Notes: a model not told the origin generated them from the letters alone. Positions 1 through 12,936 are shown, counted from the stretch's first letter. The stretch is 64,000 bases of DNA from Paragordius varius (GCA_964247055.1 OZ176051.1:12586001-12650000), one strand, 5' to 3'. Translations and numbers: made by a program.

Positions 1-1
1 T

Positions 2-705
2 ATAAAGCACATCTGTGCAGCACCCTATCACCCCAAAACAAACGGCCTAGTAGAGAGAGTAATAAAGACATTAAAAACGAAATACGCCGCTACTAAGACC
101 CAACAAATGCATGCATATGAAGCTATCAACACGGTCCTTTATTCGTATCGAACTAGCATGCATTCTTCGCTAAAAGAAACGCCTTCCGCCATATTCCTAA
201 AACGGCGTGTACACAATCCTATCTCTTGGGTAAAAACAACCCCTGTCGAATTTATAGAGCATGAAAATGAACCGAGACGTGAATTCCAACAAGACGATCC
301 TGTCTATATTAAAAATGAAATGGCCGTAGGCTGGCGGCCAGGTCACATTCTGGAGAGAAGGGGGTTACTCTCGTATGAAGTGCAAGATGAGGAAGGGATT
401 CGAAAACGTAAACATGCAGATCAGTTACGACGTAGGTCAGGAGGGAATTCATACGAAACTAATCCCTTAATAGAGCATAAATATCCCAGCGTCGAAAGTG
501 TCCCGGGTCATGTCGAGGGAGCCCACTCCGAACAAACCTTCCATCCCACCTCGGAATCTCAAATAGTCCATGCCCCAACTCCTGCTCCCCAGAATCGCTG
601 ACGCCTGTAGAGGCTACACCCGACGTGGTAAAGGAGGTTTCTGACCTATCCGAGCGTAGATATCCGCTAAGACGACGGCAGCCTCCCGATCGTTTAAACT
701 TATAG
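2..705 (+). pseudogene. pol: Gypsy integrase C-terminal part, one frameshift near 590
   Basis: Open 2-601 (track ORF 107-601). The typical tail RRYPLRRRQPPDRL continues in another frame to the stop at 703-705, like the RRYPIRSRKPPDRY tail of the pol at 17737. Confidence 0.88.
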
Positions 706-756
706 GTATAATGTACGAACACGACAGCCCCCGTGGTTAACTTAGGGGGAGAGTAA

Positions 757-1024
757 TGTAAGGTTATAATATTCTATTTTGTTAACACACTCAATTCATG
801 TTGCATCAGTTATTTTGTATTTGAATATTATATATATATTTCGTGTTAAAGCTTATCTGTTGTTGAGAATAACCATTGTGTAACGTCTACGCAAATAAGG
901 CATGCACACATAAAAAGAACTTGTGATATAATAGCAACTCACTTTTATATTTTGGTTTTCCTTTTTATCGCTCAACTCTATTTTATTATACCATATTGCT
1001 ATACGTGAATAAATCAACCTTACA
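757..1024 (+). repeat. 3' LTR (268 bp) of gypsy element 1
   Basis: TG...CA ends, 9-bp terminal inverted repeat, AATAAA at 1008-1013, directly downstream of the PPT. Confidence 0.88.
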
Positions 1025-1099
1025 AATACAAAGTATTTTTCAATTATATAATTTTTGGGAAAGAATTAATTTAGCGACTTTTCGTCCAATTAACACAAA

Positions 1100-3121
1100 A
1101 TCGAAATTGAATGGCTCATAAAAACCAATAGCGCCACCAAAATTTCTACACACTTTTTTAAATTAAAATACAGGGTATTTTTTTGGTATAATTCTTGACA
1201 AATTTGGTTCGCCTCATGACCTGCCAATCTTTGCCCATATGATCATCGGTTAAGCGAGCTCTGCATGCATTTTTGACAAACTTCATTTTTTATGCACGTG
1301 GTAAGTTGAGGGAAAAACAGTTAGGATAACCTGAGCACATTTTTTTATATTTCCATATTTATTTGGCACTTGTCAAAACTTTACGTATCTTTTTTCTCTA
1401 TGATTCTCCTTGAATATAGCCTCCAAATTGGAATCGTTTTTAAAATCTACGAATTTTTCAATGATATGCGCCTGATAAAAACCGGAATGCTCAAGTTGCT
1501 TAATATTGGATCCATATGCCATGGATTTTTAACGAGTTAAGTAATGTGGCAAAGGTCGGCTAATAAACACCATTTGTCACAATTAATTTCCTCGTCAAAC
1601 TTTCTGTTATCTTTTATGAATAATAGAATTTCATGTCTTAAAACAAAAAATATATTTAATACTTGTACTTTGCTAAGGCTTAGCTATCTCACAGCGGTGT
1701 ACAAAAAAATATCATCAAACCCACTGTGGATATCTTGCAGAAGGTTTTTAAATTTACGATGGTTGAATTCTCTGCCACGGATGTGGTTAACTATATCCAC
1801 AACCGTTTTTATTATTGAATTGAGTGATTCATCTTTTACAAAACCAAGTTTTGCTGATGAATAAAGCAGTGAAAGGATAAAAATTTTGCAACTCGTTTTC
1901 AAAAGAGGAATAAATCCCTTGTTTATTCCAATCATAGAGGGACAGCCATCTATGCAAATCGAAAACATTTTTTTCATAAATATACCATTATTATCGAAAA
2001 AAGTGCTAATTATTTTCAGAAAATCTTTCTTTCTTGGTTTTATTCACTGGTAAAGATTTTAATTATTCATCGTTGATTATGTTGTCATTGAAAATTCACA
2101 CGAAGAGCGCACATTGAGGTGAACTAATATCAGTGCTAGAATCAATAGCAATACTAAAATATTTGCAGTTTTTCAGACCCAATAGGGTATTGTCAAAATA
2201 TTTGGACATATCTTCAATGCGTCGAGCACATGTTGAATCAGAAAGTTGAAGTTTTTTAATATGCCTCATGATTTGATCTTTATTATGGAATTCATCAAAT
2301 AAAAAAGTCCAACCATTGATTAGAATTTTTTTATTAGTTGGGAATCAGTAAACGGTTTCATATTTTTTCCTATATAGCGAATTTCATACGAAGTTAATGT
2401 TACAGCTTTTTTCTGGGAGAAGGCTATGGACATAATAGATTTTTCTTTCTGGTATAATTCCTTAATCTTTTTATATTTTTCGTTTCTTTCCTCATGATTT
2501 TCTGGTTTATGAGAATGATGGATTGTAAAATGTCTTTTAATATTGTATTTTTTTATAATTATTTTGTTTTTACATATAAGGCAGGTAACAACATCCATTC
2601 TTTTTTAAAGGAGAGAATCGGATAATTTACTTTTATTAGATGTCATCCTTTGAATTTATGTTTAAATATTATGTAAATTTTTTCAAAAAATAGGAATAAA
2701 TATAATTTGAATTATGCTATAAAAAAACAGGTCATAATTTAATGATGTTGATTAGAAAATTTTTTTGAATGAGAAAATGGTGCAGAATAGCAATGAAAAG
2801 AATATGTATATGCAAGCTTGGGTGAAAGGCTTGCTTAAAAAAATGAATGCAATAAAAATTTCAAAATAGACAAGAAAAGAGCATACAAACAGAAACAACT
2901 TTGCCAAAATTTTGAAACCCTTTTTACATTGGGAATTTTTTCTACATTTAAATGGTAATAAATAAAAATTACCAAAATTAATAAATTAATATTAAAATAA
3001 GCGAAAATTCGTTTATGTGTTAAAAATTCATCAATAAAAAACTAATTTAAGTATCAATATGGTAATAGGGAAAAAAAGCACTCTTAGGGCCCTATGCGGC
3101 CCGCGGGCCGCGATACCACTG
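1100..3121 (-). mobile_element. Degenerate hAT element (Buster/SPIN/GTF2IRD2-like), 5' end at 3121
   Basis: Fragments VTCLICKNKIIIKKYNIKRHF (2320-2598) and SICIDGCPSMIG...HIRGREFNHRKF...LYTAVRW (1684-1977), plus an RARLTDDHM-like C-terminus near 1250. Terminus CAGTGGTATCGCGGCCCGCGGGCCGC at 3121, next to an NNNTANNN site (CTTTAGAC). Homologous to 13179-22824. The 3' boundary is uncertain. Confidence 0.82.
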
Positions 3122-5360
3122 CTTTAGACCTATGGATTGTACCTCAGAGGTTATTCGTACCTTATTCAATAAACAATTTACAAGTGTCCGTACAAAGGCT
3201 GAAGCCATTGTATGCAATGTCCTTTCGCCACATGCATTTTCTGAAATACAAAAAGAAATGCTGAAAATTAATTTCATATCGCTATACTCTGATGCATCAA
3301 ATCACAAGGAAACAAATTATTTACCATTTTAATAAGATATTTTGATCCAGAAAACGGAGTAAAAATTTAAATTTTGGATTTTATTTCTCTACCCGGTGAA
3401 ATTTCCGACATAATTTTTCTTCGATAATGAATGTTCTAGAAAAAATTTAAAAGACAATATCATCGCATATTGGGCTGACAACACCAATACGAACTTCGGT
3501 GGAAAAGCAAGGAGGGGAACAAAAATTATTTTTCATAAATTAGCAGATAATCTTAATCAAAATATTATTGGCGTTGGGTGTGCAGCGCATATAATACACA
3601 ACGCTATTCAAAGAGCTGCTGATTTGTTACCCTAGATGTGGAAAAGGTAGTAGTTAAAATATATTCCTATTTTTATATATACATGGCACGCTTGAAGCTC
3701 TTAATGAATTCTGTGAAAATGTAGAAATTTTATATCAAAAAAATGCTTGAATATTGTAAAACTCGTTGATTAGCTTTTCCGCCAGCCATCGAAAGAATTT
3801 TAAAAATCTATGATCCTTAAGAATCCATTTTCTATCACAGGACAAATGTCTTACTTTGGAAAAGTTTTTTGAAAGTGATTCTTCAAAAATATGGTTAGAG
3901 TTCCTACATAATCAAGCTTCTATCTTTCAAAATGATATTAAATTGATAGAAGGTGACAAAACTTCGGTAATCGAAGTAGCCAATGAAGTAAGTAACAAAT
4001 TTTAATGTCAAGAAAGGTTAGAAAATATTTTTATACCATTAACCATCCGCAATATAATAAATAATTTAGAAAAACAAGGCTTAATAAATCGCCAAGATAT
4101 CCTGTACCATATAAAAATGTTTTATACAAACTGTAAGGATTATTGGAAGACTGGACGACGCAATTCAATGAAATTGATCATTTTCATTGGATAACATTAA
4201 AATTAGAATTTAATTGGTGCGATGTTCAAAAATCATTTGATTATATCTGCTCCCAAAAATTCTCAAAAAGTAATCTTTCAGAAAATGATCTTTTTTCTGA
4301 AGTATCATTAGTTAAAAGATATATTAATAATGAAAAACTGGTTGGAAATATTTCATCATTTTGAAGCCAGCCTACATTACATACAAATATTTTAAAAATT
4401 GAAGAACGCACTATCTTTACCTGGAACCAACGCTGCTACTGAGCGCGTTTTTTCCACAGTAAATCAGGTGTGGACATCGGAAAAATCAAATTTAAATGTT
4501 AAAACTTTAAAGGCCGTTTTATCTGTCAAATATAATTTGACAAATTCTTGTGAAGACTTCTACAATATTTCAAAAAATGATGACAATCTGCTAAAACGCA
4601 TTCACTCAAATAAAAAATATACCAAAGAATAAATATTTTCTTGTATATATAAAGTTTTGTGTAAAAAAATTAAAAATACTTTATTTTTTAAGAATCATTT
4701 TCAAAAAACTTTTCTAAAGTTGTAGGACATATGTCCTGATATAAAAAATAGGATTCTTAAGGATCATAGATTTTTAAAATTCTTTCTATGGCTGGCGGAA
4801 AAGCTAATCAACGAGTTTTACAATATTCAAGCATTTTTAGATATAAAATTTCTACATTTTCACAGAATTCCTTAAGCGCTTCAAGCGTACTGTGTGTATA
4901 TAAAAATGAATATATTTTAACAACTACATTTTCCACATCTAGTGGTAACAAATTAGCAGCTGTTTTTATCTGCTAATTTATGAAGAATATTTTTTCCCCT
5001 CCTTGCTTTTCCATCAACGCAATATGCGATGATTTTGTCTTTTAAATTATTTTTTCTAGAACATTAATTATCGAAGTAAAAATTATGTCGGAAATTTCAC
5101 CGGTCAGAGAAATAAAATCCAAAATTTTAATTTTTACTCCGGTTTCTGGATTAAAATATCTGATTAAAGTGGGAAATAATTTTGTTTTCGATTTGATGCA
5201 TCAGAGTATAGCTATATAAAATTAATTTTCAGCAATCATTTTGTATTTTAGAAAATGCATGTGGCGAAAGGATATTGTATACAATGGCTTCAGCCTTTGT
5301 ACGGTCACATGTAAATTGAATAAGGTACGAATAACCTGTGAGGTACATATAGATCTAAAG
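3122..5360 (+). mobile_element. hAT-Blackjack-type element Z, both ends missing: transposase 3' part (3122-4632, +) followed by an inverted partial copy (~4700-5360, -)
   Basis: MDCTSEVIRTLF...ISLYSDASNH and LSLPGTNAATERVFSTVNQVWTSEK match elements X and Y. Bases 5360 to 4700 are a diverged reverse-complement copy of ~3122-3870. Confidence 0.82.
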
Positions 5361-6660
5361 CAGGGGTGTCCAACCGGGTGCTCGCGAGCCACTAGTGGCT
5401 CATTGAAAATTTTGAGTGGCTCTTTGAAAATTTTGAAGAAAAATTTTTTTTTAATAAAAAATAATTTTTAATTTTTTTTATATGTAAATTATGCATTTTT
5501 AATTTGACATTTAAATTATTTTTAGAAACCTTTAATAAAAGTCTTTATTATAAATATCTATCATCGCATTCATTTAATCATTTATAAAACACATTTTTTC
5601 CTGCATGTTATTTCCAACTTCAAGATGATAACTTTCACATTAAATTAAAACATTAAGTTACTTGCAAAAAATAGGTATTTAAAATAATTTATTTAGCTTT
5701 CATACCAATACTGAGAATTATTGGGTCCATTGAAACATTGAGATACTTCCAAAAAATAGGTGTTTAAAATAATTTATTTAGCTTTCATACCAATACTGGG
5801 AATTATAATTAAGGTCCATTGAAAAATTAAATTACTTGCAAAAAATAGGCATTTAAAATAATTTATTTAGCTTTGAATATGCATATATCTAAAAAAGTAA
5901 CTAGAAAAATTTTATTGATATGACTACAGAAGTGAAAATAAAAAAATTATAATCTTTAAAAAATATTAATAATCTCCAACCAACAATTCATTCACGCACC
6001 TTATCTGATAGTAAAGGCAAGTTATATTGTTGCCAATTTACTCGCCAAAAAAATGAAGCCTTATTCTGATTGTAAAGGAATGCGTACTAGAAATTATAAA
6101 ATGTGTTTTGCCTAATAAAGTTAAATTAATATCCAGTATAAGTTTTTCGCGATACTATGTGTCGACGAATTACAGACATCGCAGAAGAAATTCGACTTTC
6201 CCTAAAAGAAAGAATTCAAAATGTGGTGTTTTCCTTGTCATTTGATGAAAGCACAGATATAAGCAACATATCACAATTGGTAGTCTTTATTCGAGGGATA
6301 GATGAATTTTTTAATATAACAGAAGATATGTTAGGCTTACTTCCGATGAAAAATACAACTAAGGGAGTTGATATGTTTCATGCAATTTTAAAATGTATTG
6401 AGGACAATAAATTAAATAAGAGGGCGCTATCTTATTGACAACAGATGGTGCCCCAGCTAGGATGGGAAAAAACAAGGGAACCGTGAAATTATTGTTAAAT
6501 AAGATGGAATCCGATGGTATTAATATTGACCATATATATAATGCATTGCATGATTCACCGTGAAAATTTTTACGCACATGCTCTGCCAATGGACAATGTT
6601 ATGACCGTTGTTATTAAAGTAGTTAATTTTATAAAATCTCATGCTTTGAAGCATAGGCAG
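5361..6660 (+). mobile_element. Buster/Charlie-type hAT element, left end and partial transposase, cut off by a LINE
   Basis: Terminus CAGGGGTGTCCAAC after ATCTAAAG (NNNTANNN). Fragments FSLSFDESTDISNISQLVVFIRG, LTTDGAPA, HCMIHRE, HALKHRQF. Confidence 0.85.
5655..5880. repeat. ~87-bp tandem repeat, ~2.6 copies, in the hAT subterminal region
   Basis: ACTT(G/C)CAAAAAATAGG...AAAATAATTTATTTAGCTTT recurs near 5658, 5745 and 5832. Confidence 0.8.
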
Positions 6661-9260
6661 TTTATCATAAATCCATTGTCCAATCAGGTCAAAGAGGTTA
6701 GACGCTACAGCGGAATCATGAATTTAGATATTTTGGTAGATAACGAGGTCATAACGGTGTTCAGTATATATGCTCCGCAAATAGACTTACCAAAACAATA
6801 AAGGAGGAATTTTACGAGACTAGATGAAAAATTAGTCGCTCTCCCTCAGCTGAGAATAAAGTTTTTATGCGGGGATTTAATGGTCAACTTGCTTCAAGTA
6901 GGGAATCTATTGAAATATGGTACGCGGGAATTCTTATGGATAAAGAAACGAGGAAGGAATTAAATAGCCTAGATTTTCACAATCCCACAATTTGGCGATA
7001 GCGAGTTTTTTGAAAAAAGAGAGAGTCGTCTAGTAACTTACAAAAGCGGCATAAACAAATCACAAATAGATTTTGTACTCCCAAGAAACTCATTGAAGCT
7101 TGTATTAGACTGTAAGGTCGTGCCAAACTTAGGAAGTTCGCAACATAATTTACTTATTTGAAATTTTTTGTGAAAGAAAGGTCAAAACAAATTGTTCCAT
7201 GCTCAAAGAGATTAAAAACTATAAAGTGGGAGAAATTATCTGAAAAAAAGCATGCTTTTATAAAAGAAATACGGTTATTCGAGGATGGTGGGTTGAATGG
7301 TGAGTGGGATAAAGTCAGCCAGTTAATTAAAAAGGCAGGGACTCCAGTTTGTGAGTTAAAAGGCGGCAAATCTCAAGTATACAGAGAGGTTTGACTTTAC
7401 GATGAAAGAATAATATTGATGTCACGAGAAAAAGGTAAGGCTTTTGAAAAATAGAGACATACAAGGAATAATGATGATAGAGATAAGTATAAAAGTTTAA
7501 ATAAGAAATTGAAAAAATTCGGCCAGGTATAAAAAGAAAAAATAAATTATTTTATGAGTAAAATAGTAAGCAAGATTTTAACAAAGTGTATTAGGTTGCG
7601 CAGCAAAGGAATAAACTCAGGATGGATTTACCAGGTATGCGACTGCAATAAAAGAAAAAAATGGAAACTTGCCGTGCGAAAATGTCGAAATATTTAAAAG
7701 ATGGAAAGTCTTAGTGAGTTTGGATGAAGGGATAGACGGGATATTTTTGCCAAACACAGTTGATGCTACTATGGATCAATAGAAGCAATTACAGCAAAGG
7801 AAGCAGAATCTAATTTGTTAGAAATGCCAAACAACAAGGCTGTAGGATCGGACGACATATATAGATATTGTTGGAAAGTGCTTGGAAAAGCTGGATTAAA
7901 TTTCTTGGAGCGTGTTTTTAATAAATTGTTTCAACTTATGAAATCCCGGTTGAAACGAAGAAAAGTTTAACTGTGCCTTTATTTAAAGGAAAAGGTGATA
8001 TAAATGAATGTAGTAACTATAGAGGGATAAAACTAATGTCGCCCACCATGAAATCGTTTGAAAAAATAATTGAAAAATAAATCAGGAAAATGATATCTAT
8101 AGAAGGAAATCAATTTGGTTTCATGCCAGGAAAGTCAACAATAGACCCTATACATGCGGTTAGGAGGTTGATTGAAAAACACATTGAAAAAAAGAAAGAA
8201 TTACCCGGGGTTTTAATTGACATAGAGAAGGCGTTTAACAGGATTCCTCGAGGAACTATTAGGTGGAGTCTCCGTCGTAAAAAGGTGCCAGAAAGTTATA
8301 TTAAGTTGTTACAAATAATGTACGAATCCCACACCTCCAGGATTAAAACCCCACAAGGTTTGTCAGAGTCCTTTTCAATGAAGCATGGAGTCTACCAAGG
8401 CTCATCACTCAGCCCCTTATTGTTTATAATTTGTATGGACGAGGTAGCCAAGGTCGTTAATGTAAGGTCAGGTTGGTACTTAATGTATGCAGATGACATA
8501 ATCATCTTGTCTGATTCATTGGCTGAGTTAAAGCGAACGGTAAACAGATGGGTTATTATACAGAATTAATACGGTCTCAAAGTAAACAAAGCAAAAACCG
8601 AACTTTTACTTTTGGGGGGTCCACAACATGAAATGGAAATTGATGATAGTTGGGTTCTGAAGGGTAAAGAAAGTTGCAAATATTTGGGGGCTGTGTAAAA
8701 TTCAGATGGATCGTTGACCGATGATATTAATTTAAGAATAAAGAGCAGTTGGGCAAATTGGAAGAAAATTTTAAGCGTGTTATGTGATCGAAATATTGAT
8801 TTAGAGTGAAAAATAAGATATACAGTTCAGTCGTTCAACCCTCAATGATGTATAATTCACAGACGTGGGGTGTCAAAAAATGCGAAGAAAGACATTTTAA
8901 CCTGACTGAAATGAAAATGCATAGAAGGATGTGTGGGGTAACAAGAAAGGACAGAATTGAGAATAGATTTATTCGTGGGAGCACAGATATTAAACCAATA
9001 GCGGAAAGAATGTCAAAAAATAGGATACGTTGTTTCGGGCACATTGAAAGGAGAGATTCAATTATATTGCAAAAATAATAGATAGTCATATAATTGAGGG
9101 AAAACGAGGACGTGGGCGGCCTAAAAAGAAATGGATAGATACAGTAAAAAGAGAGCTAGCAGAGCTTAATGCAGAGGACGCCATAGATAGAGTTCTATGA
9201 CGAGATAGGTTGTATAACATGATCGCTTTCACGAAAAACATGTAATGTAATAATAAAAAA
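6661..9260 (+). mobile_element. 5'-truncated RTE-clade LINE (partial APE plus RT), multiply disrupted
   Basis: Colinear with the full copy from ~15840 on. RT fragments GVYQGSSLSPLLF and YLMYADD, the GKRGRGRP C-terminus, and the 3' tail ATGTAATGTAATAATAAA. Confidence 0.92.
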
Positions 9261-9424
9261 ACAAAAGAAATTCTTACATTAAATTAAACCCAATTAAATC
9301 AGCTAATAAAACAATCGATATTCTTCTATTCTATGCACACAACTATGATCGCAAGAATGCCTAAAAGTGCTTTTTATGGCCCTAAATTAATCATATTTTT
9401 TGATCATTATAATCGAAAGTGTAA

Positions 9425-10892
9425 ATCCACTGTGTGCAAAAAAGAGGGATTTTTTTACAAAAAATTTTTTTTATGAGATAGCATTTGACCAGAGAGTTTA
9501 TTTGCCGCAAAAATTTTAATTTGTTGACCCGTTTTTAAAATATTGAGAGAAAATCGAAATCGGGCAAAAAGTGAAAATTAAGGATCATTGAGGATAATTT
9601 AAAAAATAATGATAAAATTTGAGATATTATGGTTTATTATCATTTTAGGAGATATTTTATACAAAATATTTTAAAATCATATAGTTGATATTTCTATTTA
9701 ATCTCAGCTAAAAAGATGGCGTTTTTTATATGCATAAAAAATTTAAGATAATTTTAAATCAATACTCCGGTACCGATTCCAAAATTTCAGGAACCACCCC
9801 GGTTCTATCTATAAATTTTTAGGAACCAACCAGGTTCCGGTACCAACTCCTTAATTAGTGGTTCCCATATGATTTTTATTATAAAAATTTCCTTTTATTA
9901 TTTAAATTTGATTGTACCACTACATATTATATACTTCAAACTTAAAACCTAAAACTAAGCGCCTAATATTATATTAGCGATAATCTCTAAATTTGCATCT
10001 CTTCTAAAAAAACTAATAATCATAACTTAACTTTTATAATACATATGTTCGTAAATATAAGTCTCCGTTGAATGGATTTTTCAGCCTTTATTTATTTTCA
10101 TACCTGGGAAGCAGTTATACCAGCGAAATGCTTGGTGCAATAATTTTTTAAAGTTATATAAATTTTTTAAATTCCATACTTAATTTAACACTCATTATAA
10201 ACCTTTGTACCTATTCATTTTCGTATATTTTTATGAATTGTTTCATTTATGATACTACACTATAAATCTTCTTTGACATTCACTTAGCAATTTATAATAA
10301 ATTGTGTGATTTATAATTATTAATATTTTGGTTGTTGTAAGAAAATCATTTAATCAAAAGTCAGGAACCGAAAATGGAACCGGTTCTAAATGTAAAGAAC
10401 TGGTTCCGTTGGTTGATATTCCTTTAAATCCTGTTTTGCATAAATTATTTACTTTATGATTCCTACTCATGTAAAACTCCAAAATAAAACAGTATAAATT
10501 TTTTAAACACATATAAACCAGATGACACGGAATAAAATATGAATCTAATAGTGAGTTTAGCTAGTAAATTGAAAAAATTATTTTAATATAGTTTTCTTAA
10601 AAATTTTTGTCTTTTAAGTGTGTTAAAAGAAAAACGCCATCTTTTGAGCTGAGATTAGAAAAAACCAGATGTTCTAATCTATTTATATATTAAAATAAGG
10701 ATAATAAACCATAATATCTCAAATTTTATCATTATTTTTTGAAATATCCTTAATTTTCACTTTTCTCAGATTTTGATTTTCTCTCAATATAAACTAGGTC
10801 GTAAACAAATATTTTTACGGCAAATGAATACGCTGGTCATAAGCTATATCATGTTAAAAATTAATTTGTTAAATATTTTGTGCACACTGTGA
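9425..10892. repeat. Diverged ~300-bp inverted repeat pair (9425-9735 / 10630-10892), foldback or MITE-like
   Basis: For example AATGATAAAATTTGAGATATTATGGTTTATTATC (9608) versus its reverse complement at ~10700-10735, and ATCTCAGCTAAAAAGATGGCGTTTTT versus AAAAACGCCATCTTTTGAGCTGAGAT. Confidence 0.65.
9765..10420. mobile_element. Terminally eroded copy of the GGAACC-rich hAT MITE (see 34020-34767)
   Basis: Shares AATTTGATTGTACCACTACA, GCGCCTAATATTATATTAGCGATA and AATCAAAAGTCAGGAACCGAAAATGGAACC with the copies at 34020 and 53339. Confidence 0.7.
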
Positions 10893-11309
10893 ATATGTGC
10901 ATAGAGCTAGGCAGAAAAGGGTATAATGCACATCCCTTCACGCAAGAAAAGTATAATATACGACCCTAAAAATTCTTTGTAAATATCACTGGCAGAGACA
11001 TTGATAGTTTTGCAGTGTTTATAAAAAAAGTACTATCGATATAGGTGTCTAAGTTATATAAACTCGCTTGATATATACCAAAGACCCTTAATTTTTATGA
11101 ATTTGGTACATATTGGATGCGCACTGGGATCTACGTTGCAATTTACCCATAAAACATTAATATTTTTCTAAGATATTGATATAAATTTACATCTAAATTT
11201 TAGATACATACACAATTTTGAAATCTCCGTATAGTATAGTAAAAATTTATCTAAATATTTGGCTTTATTATAAATACGTGTGCAAATAAATACAAAGTGC
11301 AAATAAATT

Positions 11310-12368
11310 TTATGAAACAGATAGGACAAATAATCTATTATACAGCAATTGGTATGGTAATAACAATATTGATAATATGATATCCATCAAGTTTAATACG
11401 TAACATAAAATTGTTAAATAAAAATTATTAAATCTTTCCACCAAAATTATTATTGTATATATAAACATGTGAACAGCGGATAGAGTTAACAAAATCTTTA
11501 TTAAGTTGCAGGCTTGTAAGTATTTGTTTAGTTTCAAAAAGGTGTTAGATAAAATATTATTGGTATCAGTTATTGGAGCTACCGTGGCACTATTAAAAAG
11601 TGAAATGGCATTCCGTATTAATCCACCATTCATATTCTGAATGCGTCTCAAATGAATTTTTTTAACTGACAAAAACCATACAGCTCCGAAGAAGAATGAC
11701 ATGCTTTGCGTAAAACTTCCATATCTTATTAAATCAGTTATAGTAGTCATCCGATACGGTAATTTATATATAATAAACATTGGGATGACACCAAATGTAT
11801 GGTTATTTGAAAAACCTAAAAAGTAATACGTTTCGTTTTCAGTAAATGGTTGTATATAGTGATGTAAGATGGTCAAATCTCTATTGCCATAATCATGGTT
11901 ATCACTTATATTATGATGCGATTGAACAGCCCTATTTAACGTTACAAAATATCCAGACATTAGGATTACGTAATAGGATACAAAAATAGCATATTGAAAG
12001 CAAATGAACCCCATAAAACATTTATATAGCCGACGACCTATAAGCATACACCTCAGATAAATGTTAGATAAAATGGAATCCCTAATCACAATTCGAATTT
12101 GCAACAGTATTTCGGCCACGAAACGATTTAAATACCATGTATGAGGATAACACCCCAAATATAATGGATTTAATTGAATAAGAGCGTTTTGAATATTGGA
12201 TATAATTATTGCTACACTAATGGCGATATAGAATACAATCACAAATATTTGGCCGTTATTTTTGTTCAGGAGTTGTCGTTTAGCCATCTTCCAAGTTACA
12301 AGGGGTGTCACAACAGTCAAAATTGTTAGAAAACATATATCCAAAGACAGTAGCCATTTTATTAACAT
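11310..12368 (-). CDS. Orphan multipass membrane protein, 352 aa, single exon, 7TM/GPCR-like (gene A copy 1, intact)
   Basis: About seven hydrophobic stretches, a Cys ahead of TM3 (GCYP), TM3 ending IYLRC, a long loop with N-glycosylation sequons (NIS, NET, NHT) and a basic loop before TM6. Two paralogues in the window. The GPCR assignment is inferred from topology only. Confidence 0.72.
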   Translation of the reverse strand: MLIKWLLSLDICFLTILTVVTPLVTWKMAKRQLLNKNNGQIFVIVFYIAISVAIIISNIQNALIQLNPLYLGCYPHTWYLNRFVAEILLQIRIVIRDSILSNIYLRCMLIGRRLYKCFMGFICFQYAIFVSYYVILMSGYFVTLNRAVQSHHNISDNHDYGNRDLTILHHYIQPFTENETYYFLGFSNNHTFGVIPMFIIYKLPYRMTTITDLIRYGSFTQSMSFFFGAVWFLSVKKIHLRRIQNMNGGLIRNAISLFNSATVAPITDTNNILSNTFLKLNKYLQACNLIKILLTLSAVHMFIYTIIILVERFNNFYLTILCYVLNLMDIILSILLLPYQLLYNRLFVLSVS

Positions 12369-12897
12369 GAGACTCCAATTATTTTTTCAAAATTATATTT
12401 CTTTAAAAATGAACTAATTATATTGGGTAAGTGATAGAATTCAGAATGTTCATGACGCAGTTAATCGTTTTAGCCTATTAATATATCGAATCAACAAGCA
12501 TCATAAGTCTTATTTCATCATTAATAAATTACACAATATTATATCAAAAATGGGAAATATGGCTACATATTTTCCCCTAATTTTTCTGAAGGAACTTTTT
12601 TAGCACAATTTTCAATGTTATTGTTATATCGTAGTTTCATTTTTATTTTTTAGATTATTAATAAGCAACGAAATATTTGTTGTAAGTTTAGCCAACGTTG
12701 GTTTTAAATTTAAGATGGTTTTTTATTAATGAATTAGATTGGTTCATAAAGAAAAGTATTATTATCAAAATAATTTATTATTAATCAAATATTTATTAAA
12801 TCGTTGCATATATCAAATTGCCTGGTAAAATTATTATCATGCGTTTATTATCAATGTTAAAATGTCATGATTAGACGTAATACAGTCGTGAACTTAG

Positions 12898-12898
<1 letters not shown>

Positions 12899-12934
<36 letters not shown>
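12899..12934. repeat. (TA)n microsatellite
   Basis: Direct. Paralogous tract at ~40708-40744. Other (TA)n tracts at ~13925-13958, ~27516-27542 and ~49628-49672. Confidence 0.95.

Positions 12935-12936
<2 letters not shown>

Larger units (their letters stand above)
1..1024 (+). mobile_element. 3' end of a Ty3/gypsy LTR retrotransposon (integrase, PPT, 3' LTR); 5' part lies outside the window
   Basis: Frame from base 2 reads IKHICAAPYHPKTNGLVERVIKTLK (integrase E motif). It is followed by purine tract AGGGGGAGAG (744-753) and an LTR bounded by the inverted 9-mers TGTAAGGTT/AACCTTACA. Confidence 0.93.
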
